A stretch of DNA of 64,000 nt from an uncultured Nitrospinota bacterium (lineage in GTDB: Bacteria; Tectomicrobia; Entotheonellia; J063; CAVPRW01): positions 64,001-128,000 of the forward strand of contig CAVPRW010000008.1 of assembly GCA_963707985.1 (NCBI GenBank). The letters are read 5' to 3'. The position numbers were made by a program, and so were the translations under genes. A model generated the notes under the pieces. The model was not told the DNA's origin. It did not search any database and saw only the letters and a list, made by a program, of their open reading frames with translations. Of this stretch, positions 19,033 to 29,809 are shown one piece after another. The first letter of the stretch is position 1; every line of letters begins with the position of its first letter.

Positions 19033-20850
19033 ATGAACGTTAGAGACGGCGCTCTCGCCCTGTGGGTGATTCTGATGTCGACTGTGGCTGTGTGGATTCA
19101 GCCAGCCCTGGCCGCTGCAGCGTCCGAGCCGGTGCATATCGAGCCTGCGCTGATCACGGCACTGACGCAGGGGGGTGAAGCCAGATATCTGGTATATCTG
19201 CGGGAACAAGGGGCCTTAGCGGGGGCTGAGGCGATCCTCGACCGCGCTGCCCGTGGACGGTTTGTCTATGGGGCGCTGAAGGAGGTCGCCGACCGTACTC
19301 AAGCACCTCTGCTGGCCTACCTCGCGGCCGAGGCCCAGGCAGGACGAGCGCGGGAGATCAGGTCGTTCTTCAGCGCCAATGTCCTCGCGGTGATTTCCGC
19401 TGAACCTACCCTGCGAGGACTGGCCAGATTTCCAGAAGTTGAACGAATCATCAGTGCCCCCATTTTACACATCCCCGAGCCTCGCCTGGATGTGGAGCAG
19501 TCCCAGGTGCAGGGGGTGGAGTGGAATATCGCCAAGATCCGCGCGCCCGACGTGTGGGCAAAGGGAGTGTTCGGGCAAGGGATAGTGGTGGCCAGCATCG
19601 ATACAGGGGTGCAGTTCACACATCCGGCACTGGTGAGGCAATACCGAGGAAATCTCGGTGGTGGCAATGTCGATCACAATTACAACTGGTGGGATCCCTC
19701 CAAGATCTGCGGTAACCCCAGTACGATGCCATGCGATCAGGATCAAGCTGGGCAACCGGTCGGCCATGGGACTTACACGATGGGCATCATGGTGGGCGAC
19801 GATGGGGGAGCCAACAAGATCGGCGTGGCCCCCCAAGCCAAGTGGCTCACGTGTAAGGGGTGCGAGGGCAGCTCCTGTTCGAGTATTGCGCTGCTCGAAT
19901 GTGGGGATTTCATCCTGGCCCCCTGGGATCTGAACATGGCCAATCCCGACCCCAGCAAGCGTCCTCACATCGTGAACAACTCTTGGGGAGGTGACGGCGG
20001 AGATTCCTTCTACCGGCGCACGGTTCAGAGCTGGCGGGCAGCCGGGATTTTCCCGGCCTTCTCCAGCGGCAACGGAGGCCCCTTCTGCTCTACCGCTGGG
20101 TCACCGGGGGATTACCCTGAAACGTTTTCCAGCGGTGCGACCGATGTCTTCGATACCATTGCCGATTTCAGCAGCCGAGGGCCCTCGCTCTTCGGGGTGA
20201 CGAAGCCCGATATCGCTGTCCCGGGAGTGCACGTGCGCTCAAGTGTGCCGACTAACAGCTACGTTGCCGCGAGTGGGACTTCAGCTGCCTCGCCTCATAC
20301 TGCGGGGACGGTGGCCTTGCTGTGGTCCTTCTTTCCCGGGCTCAGCCGAGATATCCCCAGCACCGAGAAAAAATTGCGTTCGACAGCAGTGATCTTCAAC
20401 ACGACCTTTGGCTGCGGGGGAGACAATGCGACGTCGCATCCTAATAACGACTTCGGCTGGGGCAGGGTTGATGCGTTTCGAGCCTACACACCCGTGAATA
20501 TCTATACGGACCGTTCAGTGTATCGGGCGGGCGACACGATGGCGGTTCGCCTGTCATTAGTGAATCCACTGAATACCTCAGTAAAGGTGGACGTATATGT
20601 AGCCCTGCAATTTCCTAGCGGGCAGCTCCTCTTCCTCGGCGGTGGCGGAACTGCTCCGACGCCGCTGGTAACCGATGTCATCATTGATCCATCATTGGAG
20701 GTGTTCGATGTCAATCTATTCACCTACACATTCGGGGGCGAGCCCACGGGTAATTATACATGGTTTGCACTGTTGACCCCTGCGGGGGCAAATCCCTTCG
20801 ATTCATCCCGTTGGCTCACCTTGGATCTGACACCATTCATAAAGCAATAG
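19033..20850 (+). CDS. Secreted S8 subtilase (bacillopeptidase F-like catalytic domain) with an additional C-terminal domain of about 120 aa
   Basis: Signal peptide and propeptide; triad SIDTGV / GHGTYTMG / SGTSAASPH; NNSWG and SSGNGG; RBS ggaggga. Confidence 0.93.
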   Translation: MNVRDGALALWVILMSTVAVWIQPALAAAASEPVHIEPALITALTQGGEARYLVYLREQGALAGAEAILDRAARGRFVYGALKEVADRTQAPLLAYLAAEAQAGRAREIRSFFSANVLAVISAEPTLRGLARFPEVERIISAPILHIPEPRLDVEQSQVQGVEWNIAKIRAPDVWAKGVFGQGIVVASIDTGVQFTHPALVRQYRGNLGGGNVDHNYNWWDPSKICGNPSTMPCDQDQAGQPVGHGTYTMGIMVGDDGGANKIGVAPQAKWLTCKGCEGSSCSSIALLECGDFILAPWDLNMANPDPSKRPHIVNNSWGGDGGDSFYRRTVQSWRAAGIFPAFSSGNGGPFCSTAGSPGDYPETFSSGATDVFDTIADFSSRGPSLFGVTKPDIAVPGVHVRSSVPTNSYVAASGTSAASPHTAGTVALLWSFFPGLSRDIPSTEKKLRSTAVIFNTTFGCGGDNATSHPNNDFGWGRVDAFRAYTPVNIYTDRSVYRAGDTMAVRLSLVNPLNTSVKVDVYVALQFPSGQLLFLGGGGTAPTPLVTDVIIDPSLEVFDVNLFTYTFGGEPTGNYTWFALLTPAGANPFDSSRWLTLDLTPFIKQ

Positions 20851-20985
20851 CCTCTTAAGCGTCTCTCGGGGTTTTCACCAGATGGCCCCGCCTGTTTCCA
20901 ACACGTCCTCCCCAAGCCAGGAGAGTTCCCGTATCTCGCAGAATCATTTACCCAGGAGGCGAGTCCAAGAAGCTTCGTCGTCACC

Positions 20986-22128
20986 TCACTCCACAAATGG
21001 ATGCTCAGTGCTGAGGATGATCTCAGCCACTTCTGGACGGATGAGACCGTCGGGGGCCCGGCGTTCGGTGAGCAATCGACGCAACAGGCTGCCGCTAAAG
21101 TCGAGATGCTCCTCAGGCGCCGTGCGGGCAGGTTTTCTCGTTGGCGACGCTGACGCATCTGCGACAGTAAAAGAAGGCGGTAAAGAACAGCGGCGTGATG
21201 CCGAGGTCGGGGAATTCCTCGAAAATCTCCTGCGCGGCATAGGGAGCGTAAAACTCGTCCGACGCCAGCATGATCCCGGCCAACGATGAAGTGGGTACAG
21301 CCGAAATTTTTCCGCACAATGGCATGAAAGATGGCTTCCCGTGGGCCTGCATAGCGCATCTCGGTGTGCAAGGTAGCCAGCACCACACGCTCCGCCGGGT
21401 AGTAGTGACGCACGAGAGCCTCGTATGTCCCCAGAATGACCTCGTCTCGGAAGTCTCCTGTCTTCTTGCGCCCGATCACTGGGTTCAGAAAAATGCCATC
21501 CACGAACGTAAGCGCCGTCTTTTGCACGTATTCATGTCCCAGATGCGGCACATTCCGCGTCTGAAAGCCCACCACCGTGCGCCAGCCTTTCGTCGTGAAT
21601 AGCTCGCGTGTTTCTCGCGGTGTCAGACGATAACTGGCAAATGGGGACTCGACCTCAGCCAGAACCGTAACCGTCCCCCCCAGGAGTACTTCCCCCAGGT
21701 CGAACACATGGGCAACGCCAGGATGCTTGACGATCTTCCGTGCCAAATACCTGTTTGGCGTATGCCTGGCGATCGTAGCGATAAGGGCTGACCTCTGACA
21801 ATAGCGCCAGGGGCTGCCCAGCATACCAGAGGCCAACATCTTTTCCGAGGCTACTGACTTGCTTGGCCGACACGTCGAGGACGATAGGAATCGTCCAGGG
21901 CGCGCCGTTTGTCAAACGCTTCTCATAGAGTGTGGCGCGGAAATCTTCTGAGCCCATGAACCCCTCTAGTGGGCTGAAGGCGCCGATGCCCAGGTTCCAG
22001 ACGTCGCTGGCGATCTCAGGGCTAATGTCGAGCCGTGGTAACCGCTTCACGTCATCCAACAAGCGGTCCCGCTCGGGGTCTTGTGACATGCGCTGAATCA
22101 AGCGTCCCCCGTGTGGTTTGGACAGCAC
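20986..22128 (-). CDS. sat: Sulfate adenylyltransferase with three +1 frameshifts (about 21728, 21258, 21118)
   Basis: [61 protein letters not shown]...TCPH and RPEV are spread over successive frames. Confidence 0.92.
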
Positions 22129-22434
22129 CGCTGCTCCTTTCCGTGATCCCATCTTGGGAAGCCTACCAGAAACACGCCTACCTTTCTGCGTCTGTGCGAT
22201 CAAACGGTCTGCTCGCTGAGTCACCAGAGGCGAAGAATGTGGCATGCCTGGCTCACTGTAACACAGGGGGAAGTGGGCCTGCAACCGATGCTCCAGGCCG
22301 GTTGCCAAGTTCAGAAGGCCATGCTATATCTGTGACGCGACGCATGCATCTTGGTGCTTGCAGTGTGGGTACGTACCTTTCCTAAGCGTATGAGGAAAGG
22401 AGCCGAAGTTGGTTCACAGAAAGGGGGCACAGCC

Positions 22435-23028
22435 ATGAGGGGGTTGCGTACAACTGTCAGCACGATGCCGCGAGAACGTGTGCCTCCCGGTCAAACACGC
22501 ACCACCAAGTTCCCAATTCTACATGTCAGCGACCCCCCTGTATTTAATCCACACACCTGGACGCTGAAAGTGGTAGGCGAGGTAGAACACCCGCTGACAC
22601 TGACCTGGGAGCAAGTGTTAGCGTTGCCAGCGATCACATCCGTCAGCGATTTTCATTGCGTCACGAGTTGGAGCCGTCTGGATAACCGCTGGGAAGGGAT
22701 CGCATTTCGGACACTTGCTGAAATGGTGCAACCGAAGCCACACGTGCAGTACGTGATCGGTGAGGATGACTGGGGCTATACCGCCAACCTCCCCTTGGAT
22801 GTGCTGATGGATGATGATGTGCTCCTCGCCTACAAGCACGATGGGCGTGACCTGGAGGCTGTGCACGGCGGGCCGCTGCGCCTGGTGGTGCCCAAGCGTT
22901 ATGCCTGGAAGTCCATCAAATGGCTGCGTGCTCTATATTTCCGCGAGCATGATGAGCCGGGGTTCTGGGAAGTACGCGGCTATAGCAATACCGCGGACCC
23001 GTGGACGGATGACCGTTATAGTGTTTAA
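22435..23028 (+). CDS. Sulfite-oxidase-like molybdopterin oxidoreductase (YuiH/MsrP family)
   Basis: PPGQ, DFHCVTSWS, HGGPLRLVVP, WKSIKW and GFWEVRGY. Confidence 0.92.
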   Translation: MRGLRTTVSTMPRERVPPGQTRTTKFPILHVSDPPVFNPHTWTLKVVGEVEHPLTLTWEQVLALPAITSVSDFHCVTSWSRLDNRWEGIAFRTLAEMVQPKPHVQYVIGEDDWGYTANLPLDVLMDDDVLLAYKHDGRDLEAVHGGPLRLVVPKRYAWKSIKWLRALYFREHDEPGFWEVRGYSNTADPWTDDRYSV

Positions 23029-23043
23029 AGTGGGTGCGACCAC

Positions 23044-23568
23044 ATGCTTCCGTTAACGCATGCGTTGATTGGACTTGGGTCGAACATGGGAGACCGCCTG
23101 CAATTCCTGCAGCGTGCCGTGATGCATCTCGACCAGAGCATCGGCATCCATGTCAGCGCCGTCTCCTCGGTATATGAGACCGCGCCTGTCGGTCCGGCCG
23201 CTCAGGTCTGGTTTTTGAACGCTGTGGTGGCGGTCGACACGAACTTGGACCCAGTCACTCTCCTGCAACAAACCCAGGCGATCGAACGTGCGCTCGGCCG
23301 CGAAACTACCTATCACTGGGGGCCTCGGACCATCGACCTGGATATCCTGCTCTACGGCGACACCCAGATCAAGACCGCGATTCTCACGATTCCCCATCCT
23401 GAGCTCTGCCAGCGCGCCTTTGTGATGGTTCCGTTGCTCGAACTTGCCCCAGGGCTTGTACTGCCGGACAGAACAGCGGTCAGCGCCTGTCTCTGCAGGC
23501 TCACCCCACCCCAGCAGGTCAGGCTCTTTGCTCCGGCAGCGGTGTTGGCGTCCTCATGTAGCCTGTAA
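23044..23568 (+). CDS. folK: 2-amino-4-hydroxy-6-hydroxymethyldihydropteridine diphosphokinase
   Basis: IGLGSNMG, SSVYET, FLNAV, WGPRTIDLDIL, IPHP and RAFV. Confidence 0.95.
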   Translation: MLPLTHALIGLGSNMGDRLQFLQRAVMHLDQSIGIHVSAVSSVYETAPVGPAAQVWFLNAVVAVDTNLDPVTLLQQTQAIERALGRETTYHWGPRTIDLDILLYGDTQIKTAILTIPHPELCQRAFVMVPLLELAPGLVLPDRTAVSACLCRLTPPQQVRLFAPAAVLASSCSL

Positions 23569-23613
23569 CGGCAGCTATCTCCACATGGGGCATGGCCGCC
23601 GTGGCTCTCCCGC

Positions 23614-24348
23614 TCACCCCAGCCTTGCCGCTGCCGCCTGCACGAAGGCGACAAACAAGCGCTGTGCCGCCTTGTCCTCTGCAAACAACCGCTCTGGGTG
23701 CCATTGTACACCGATGACAAAGGATCGGTCGGGGATTTCCACAGCCTCGATGACGCCATCGCGGGCGCTGGCGCTCACCACGGTCCCTTGCCCTGGCACC
23801 TTCACGGCTTGATGATGCAGGCTATTGACGCGTAGCTCCTGCAGGCCGAGGATACCAGCGAGGCGCGTCTCCGGGACGATATCGATGCTGTGGGCTGTTT
23901 CGGGGGACCCAGCATGCTTATACGCTTTGGGCACCTGCGATGGGATGTCCTGATACAGCGAGCCGCCAAGGGCGACATTCAGGACCTGAGCTCCCCCACA
24001 AATGCCAAACACCGGTAGCGCACGCGCCAGGGCGAGATGCACCAGCTGGATTTCAAAATCGGTGCGCAGCGGATTCACCGGTCCCAAGCGCTGCTGGGGT
24101 TCCTCACCGTAGTATGCGGGGTCAACATCAGCGGGGCTGCCAGGAATCAGAAGCCCGTGGAGAGGTTGTGCATAAGCGACGCGACCGTCCTCATCCCGTA
24201 TGGTGGGCAGCAGGACTGGTACCCCCCCAGCGACCAGGACTGCTTGGACATAGTCATCATACAGTACATGGACTTTCCGTCCTGGAGCCCTCGCGTCTCT
24301 TCCGGTGCCGAGGTCGAGATCGCAGGTAATGCCGATCATCGGTCGCAC
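23614..24348 (-). CDS. Gamma-glutamyl-GABA hydrolase family (peptidase C26, class I glutamine amidotransferase)
   Basis: GICGGAQVLNVALGGSLYQD, VNSLHHQAV and GVQWHPE. Confidence 0.92.
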   Translation of the reverse strand: MRPMIGITCDLDLGTGRDARAPGRKVHVLYDDYVQAVLVAGGVPVLLPTIRDEDGRVAYAQPLHGLLIPGSPADVDPAYYGEEPQQRLGPVNPLRTDFEIQLVHLALARALPVFGICGGAQVLNVALGGSLYQDIPSQVPKAYKHAGSPETAHSIDIVPETRLAGILGLQELRVNSLHHQAVKVPGQGTVVSASARDGVIEAVEIPDRSFVIGVQWHPERLFAEDKAAQRLFVAFVQAAAARLG

Positions 24349-24381
24349 AGTAACTCTCCTTTACCGGTGTGTCGGATCGGG

Positions 24382-26611
24382 TCAACGTGCGGCCTGCCCA
24401 TCGGGTGCGAGGCCATATAATCGCTGATACATCCCGTAATTGCGCAGGACACTCTTGACATAGAGTCTCGTCTCCTCAAAGGGAAGACGCTCGATAAACT
24501 CGTCCCAATCGGTTGTGCTCAGGTCTTTCAGCCATTGCTTGACGCGTCCTGGTCCAGCGTTGTATGCAGCCAGCGCGGGGATGAGATTACCACGGTGTGT
24601 GTCCGCTAAGCGGTCTAAATACTGCGCGCCCAAACGGACGTTCAGCTGTGGATCAAACAAGAGGTCGTCGCGAAAGGCCTCCAGTCCTATCCGCTGATAG
24701 ACCTCACGCCCAGTCGAGGGTAAAAGTTGCATCAGCCCGCGCGCGTCCGAATTGGAGACAGCGCGGGCATTGAAGGCGCTCTCCTGGCGAATGACCCCCA
24801 GTACGAGCCATGGATCAAGCCGCGCAAATTTCGTAGCCTCCAGAACCTCTTGCCAATATAGCTGCGGGAAGAGTGTCGTCCAGAACTCAGGAGGCAGGCT
24901 GAGCCGCGCATTGGCCGCCGCCGAGCTCAGCGCCGCGTTCAAGGTCCGAATGGCCTGAAGAGGCATGTCTGCCCTGAGATACATGCGGGCCAATACCATC
25001 CGTTCATTGACTCCTTGACCCAATCGCCGGGAGAATTGCGTGATCTCTTCCCGCGCATCCTCAAGCAAGCGAAGGGCGAGAAGCTCATCCACGCGGACAC
25101 TGTGGAAGCGAGCGGCATCTGAAAGGCCGAGATCGGTGTTGAGCTGTGGAGAGCGATCGGCAGAGAAGGTGGAGCTGTTCGCCGAGGCAAAGGCAGGTGT
25201 GGGGGCATTCCCGAGCGCAGGCTCTGGAGCGTAGGACCTCCTGGCCACGTTGGCCATAATACGTATAGGGATAGTCACGGGCCACCTGCTCATAGAGCAG
25301 CAGGGATTGCGGACTATGGCCACTTTTGTCGAGAGCTTTGGCCTGCCAATAGACAGCGTTACTCGCGAACAGTGACTGGGGAAAGCGCTCCGCCGTCTTC
25401 CCAAACTCCTGTGCCGCGGTGCCGAAGAGGCGCTGAGCATAGTACAGCCAACCGATGCGCCAGGACAGTTCGTCGGCTCGGTCGCTCGTGGGAAAGCGCG
25501 TCGCTAACTCTCGATAGGCTCCAATGGCGCGTTCACTCTGCTGTCGGGACTCATAGGACAGGCCGAGCGTCACCAATGCCTTGCCATTCCACACCGTCGA
25601 CGGTTCACGCGCTGCCAATTGACGCAACACTCCTTCTGCCTCACCGCCACGGCCGTCACGCTGCAAGGCCAGGCCGAGAAGATAGAGAGCCTCGGCCGAT
25701 TGGTCGTCGGCCCCTTGGACATAGCGAAATTGGTCTAGGCTGGCGATGGCCTCGCGGTAGCGTCGTAGTCGATAGGCACAGAAGCCGAGACGTCTGGCTG
25801 CCCATGCGGTCAGGTCGTCGGATCGTCCGCTGGTAGATAGCTGTCGTACCGCTTGCATAGCCCGCTCGCAATCACCAGCCTCGGCAAGCTGATCAGCTCG
25901 CTCGAGGTGTTCTCGCGGACTCAATACAGAGGCAAGCGTGCGCCCTATCGGCGGTATGGTCTCCGCCCGGAAAGCGGCCTGCTCAGCCTCTGAGCTTAAT
26001 GGAAATCGGATAAAAAGGGTACGATAAGCCGCCATGGCTTTGTCGTGCAATCCGGCGGACTCATAGCCCTGCCCGAGCCATAGATACGCCTCAGGCACAG
26101 CTGGATCTTTGGGAGCTTGGCTGACAAGTTCTTCAAGGACGTGTACACCCTCTAAAAACTGGCCGTTGATGCTAATCAGTTGTCGCCCCAAGGCCAGACG
26201 TGCCTGGGGGACGAGGCGACTTTGTGGAAACCGCACCAACAGAAGCCGCAGCGTCTCCAGGTATGGGCGCTCAGCGTTCAGCTCCTGATGAATACGCGCC
26301 ACGTTCCAAATGGCGTAATCTCCGAGCTCCGGATATCGGCCCACCACCTCACCAAAGGCCTGCAGCGCCTCTGGATAGCGCTTCAGCCTCAGGGCGACAT
26401 GGCCGTATAAGTAGCGGGCGCGATTTTGCTCCTGGCTGGAAAGCGATGTGACCGGGAGGGAAGTGAGTTGTGCCAAAGCCTCGGGGTAATTTCCACGCTC
26501 GACGGCCTTGATCGCACTGTCGAGTGTTGCGGTCGGAGTCCCCGCCCAAAGGCAACTCATTGAGAGAAGGGTTATGACCATACCGACAGTCCACCCGCGG
26601 CGGGTCGTCAT
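24382..26611 (-). CDS. slt: Soluble lytic murein transglycosylase with TPR-rich N-terminus; +1 frameshift near 25225
   Basis: TPR repeats ending YPYTYYG lie in 25085-26611; the SLT motifs IRQES, ARGLMQL, AAYNAGPG and ETRLYV lie in 24382-25440. Confidence 0.9.
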
Positions 26612-26763
26612 CAGCCATCGTCCTCCTTCCTGCCGTGACCTGGATAACCAGTATTGCCCATGAACCCCTGGTATTCAAGGGTTTCAGTGGCTTGCATTTT
26701 ACTGTGGAACGTTTATATTATACAGTGAATTGGCGAGAATCCCTGATCTGGAGGTCTCCGAGC

Positions 26764-26955
26764 ATGATAATCGACAAGGTATTAGCAGTCTATAATATCT
26801 CACCATTGCTCCTGGTGGTTGAGTCCGACGAAGGGAAGTTGTTTGAGCTCTCCCTGAAGGACCTCAAGAAGGCTGGGTATATTTTCAGCGATACAGCATG
26901 GAAGAGCTTGGTCGAAGATTATCGGATCTTTAACAGCCAGCATGCACCACGCTAA
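26764..26955 (+). CDS. Small hypothetical protein (63 aa)
   Basis: RBS ggagg; AT-rich promoter-like region upstream; protein-like composition; fills the gap between divergent and convergent neighbours. Confidence 0.65.
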   Translation: MIIDKVLAVYNISPLLLVVESDEGKLFELSLKDLKKAGYIFSDTAWKSLVEDYRIFNSQHAPR

Positions 26956-26966
26956 TGCGTGTTAGT

Positions 26967-27935
26967 TTAGCGCGTATGCGCCGGTGGGGTCTTCGAGGAC
27001 TGGGGCCGCTGCCCGGTGCGGCGGCTCACAGTCCTCGGCCAATAGAGCACAATGGGCGCTACCACAAAGATTGAAGAATACGTTCCGGCAATAACGCCAA
27101 TCAGGAGGGCCAACGCAAAATCATGCAACACAGCCCCGCCAAACAACAATAGGGCGACAAGCGTTAAGACGACCGACCCACCGGTAAGAATCGTGCGACT
27201 GAGCGTCTCGTTAAGACTGCGATTGATGACTTGGTCGAGTGGGTCCCGAGGATGGGCACGGAGGTTTTCACGAACGCGATCGAGGACGACAATAGAATCA
27301 TTGATCGAATAGCCTGCGATGGTCAAGATAGCAGCCAAAACCGTCAAGGTCATTTCTTTGCCGGTTAGAGCAAACAGCCCAAGCGTGATCAAGACATCGT
27401 GAAGATCGGCCAGCACCACCCCCAACGCATATTCGACACGCATCCCAAAACGCCACCAAATATACACCAGAATTCCTAGCGCCGACCACACCACGGCGAG
27501 CAGAGCTTTCCACCGTAAATCCTTTCCGACCTTCGGTCCCACTTGCTCTGCTCGCAGGAGTTGCACTCCTTGATCTCCATACTCCTGCTGAAATGCTTCC
27601 ATCACTCGCGACCGTAGGTGTTCCAGATCTTCGGTTGAATTCGGAACCCGAACGATGAAATCACGGTCGCTGCCGAAGCGCTGAATTTCGGTTTCCGGTA
27701 AGTTGAGCTTATGCAGTATCCCGCGCACGTGGTCGACAGTCATCTCTTGCTGAAACCGTAATTGCAGCAGAGTGCCACCGGAGAAATCGATCCCATAGTT
27801 GAATGCATCGCGTCCAGTAAGCACGCGCCCGAGAATAAGGATGAGGACAAGAGCCACGAGCACGACAGATACGAGAGCGAATACTTTCATTCGGCCAATG
27901 AAATCGAGATCAATCCCTGGGCGTATAATCTCCAT
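26967..27935 (-). CDS. secF: Protein translocase subunit SecF
   Basis: GIDFSGG, VGPKVG, HDVLIT, GYSINDSIVVLDRVRE and GTYSS. Confidence 0.97.
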   Translation of the reverse strand: MEIIRPGIDLDFIGRMKVFALVSVVLVALVLILILGRVLTGRDAFNYGIDFSGGTLLQLRFQQEMTVDHVRGILHKLNLPETEIQRFGSDRDFIVRVPNSTEDLEHLRSRVMEAFQQEYGDQGVQLLRAEQVGPKVGKDLRWKALLAVVWSALGILVYIWWRFGMRVEYALGVVLADLHDVLITLGLFALTGKEMTLTVLAAILTIAGYSINDSIVVLDRVRENLRAHPRDPLDQVINRSLNETLSRTILTGGSVVLTLVALLLFGGAVLHDFALALLIGVIAGTYSSIFVVAPIVLYWPRTVSRRTGQRPQSSKTPPAHTR

Positions 27936-27967
27936 ATATGCTCCCGTTCAACACCCCGCCGCACTTC

Positions 27968-29518
27968 CTAGATACTCAACCGCTGGATGGGCCGTAAGGC
28001 TAAAACACTCTCGAAGATCACCTTGCAGATGAACACCGCCGTGATGAGATTGGCAATCATTCCCAGCACCAGGGTGACGGCAAATCCCTTCACAGGACCC
28101 GTCCCGAACTGAAAAAGCATCGCCGCTGCGATGAGTGTTGTGACATGTCCATCCAAAATCGCGCTCCACGCGCGTGTGAATCCTGCATCAATGGCCGAGC
28201 GCGGAGGTTTACCCGTGCGCACTTCCTCGCGAATGCGCTCAAAGATCAGCACATTCGCATCCACTGCCATACCAATTGTCAGCACGATGCCGGCGATTCC
28301 CGGTAATGTGAGGGTGGCATGAAGGTATCCAAGCCCTGCCAGAAGCATAAGGACATTCAACACCAGCGCAAGGTTTGCCACCACCCCGGCGAAGCGGTAA
28401 TAAACCAGCATGAAAAGCACGACCAGCAGACTGCCAATGACACCGGCCGTAATGCCCTCACGAATGGAGTCCTGTCCCAGCGAGGGGCCGATGGTGCGAT
28501 TTTCCTCGATGCGCACCGGCGCCGGCAGTGCCCCAGCCCGCAGCACAATGGCGAGGTCCTTCGCTTCCGCATCCGTAAAGCTTCCCGTAATCTGTGCTCG
28601 CCCGCCTCCAATGCGTTCACGAATGACTGGAGCTGAGTAGACGGTGTCGTCTAGAGCGATGGCAAGACGCTTGCCCACATTCTCTGAAGTGATATGCTCA
28701 AAGAGTCGTGCCCCGTCGCCATTAAATTCTATTGAGACGTAGGGCTCTCCGAAACGTGAGCCCAGTTCCATTTTCGCATTACTCAATGCGTCTCCGGTGA
28801 GCAGTACTTGCTTCTTCAGCAAATAAGGGGTACGTGTCACCTCTTTGGTTTGTTTGTTGACCTTCCGTTCATACAATATTTCCGACCCCGCCGGCACTCG
28901 ACCCTTTAAGGCTTCGTCGACGCTCTGCCCCTCGTCAACAAGCCGAAACTCTAAGCGGGCGGTCCTCCCGATGAGCTGGATGGCGCGGCTGGGATCCTCG
29001 ATACCCGGTAACTCGACCACAATGTTGCGTGCACCCTGTCGTTGAATGGTTGGCTCGGCAACGCCAAATTGATCCACCCGATTGCGGATTGTCTCAAGCG
29101 CCTGATCGACCGCATTTTCCATAATCCGCCGGACGTCCTGATCATCGAGCTTGTAGGTCAGCTCGGTTCCCCCACCCATGGTGCCAACAGGAACCAGGGA
29201 TGGGAAAGCCTTAACGGTGTCGGTGACAAGGTTGACTTGCCCGGCGTCGGGAAGTTTGATCAGCAGCTGTCTATAGTCGATTTTGCGCACCTCAGCCCCC
29301 GATAGCCCAGCCTTTTTCAGCGCCTCCGTGAGCTCGGTGACAAGTCTCTCAGTGGTATTTTCCACTGCCTTCTCCGCTTCAACTTCCAGGACCAGATGCA
29401 TGCCGCCTTGTAAGTCCAGCCCCAAATTAATTCGTCGTCCCAACGGGAAGGCGAACCACGCGCTGACCCCAATAAGCATTGCAATAATTGCTAATTTCCA
29501 GCGCAAATCCCGCCGCAA
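27968..29518 (-). CDS. secD: Protein translocase subunit SecD
   Basis: LGLDLQGG, RVDQFGVAEP, LRAGALPAP and GMAVDANVLIFERIREE. TTG start after aaggag (alternative ATG at 29533). Confidence 0.97.
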   Translation of the reverse strand: MRRDLRWKLAIIAMLIGVSAWFAFPLGRRINLGLDLQGGMHLVLEVEAEKAVENTTERLVTELTEALKKAGLSGAEVRKIDYRQLLIKLPDAGQVNLVTDTVKAFPSLVPVGTMGGGTELTYKLDDQDVRRIMENAVDQALETIRNRVDQFGVAEPTIQRQGARNIVVELPGIEDPSRAIQLIGRTARLEFRLVDEGQSVDEALKGRVPAGSEILYERKVNKQTKEVTRTPYLLKKQVLLTGDALSNAKMELGSRFGEPYVSIEFNGDGARLFEHITSENVGKRLAIALDDTVYSAPVIRERIGGGRAQITGSFTDAEAKDLAIVLRAGALPAPVRIEENRTIGPSLGQDSIREGITAGVIGSLLVVLFMLVYYRFAGVVANLALVLNVLMLLAGLGYLHATLTLPGIAGIVLTIGMAVDANVLIFERIREEVRTGKPPRSAIDAGFTRAWSAILDGHVTTLIAAAMLFQFGTGPVKGFAVTLVLGMIANLITAVFICKVIFESVLALRPIQRLSI

Positions 29519-29809
29519 GCCATTCTCCTTCATGCGATCTGAAGGCTCATCACCCAGTGAAAAGGTCGCTACCGCTTCCTTCTTCCACGCTGCCGACCGC
29601 TGCTGCCCTTTGCCGGATGGCAACGCTTAGGGCAGAGGGGCGCAACGGCTAGACTGGCCGCCTCCTAGCTGGCCTCCGCCTTGCCTGTCTGGCCTGTGAT
29701 TGGCGTCGTGATGATCTGGCCCATTGTCGTCTTGATGATCGTGACAGCGGGAAATATCGTGGCGATCAAGTAGCCGAGCGCTTTGGGAGCGAGATAGGGC
29801 GCGGAGCAC

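Noticed and set aside
20986..22128. Programmed frameshifting in sat
   Set aside because: No slippery heptamers at the shift sites, and the same +1 pattern occurs in other genes of the window.
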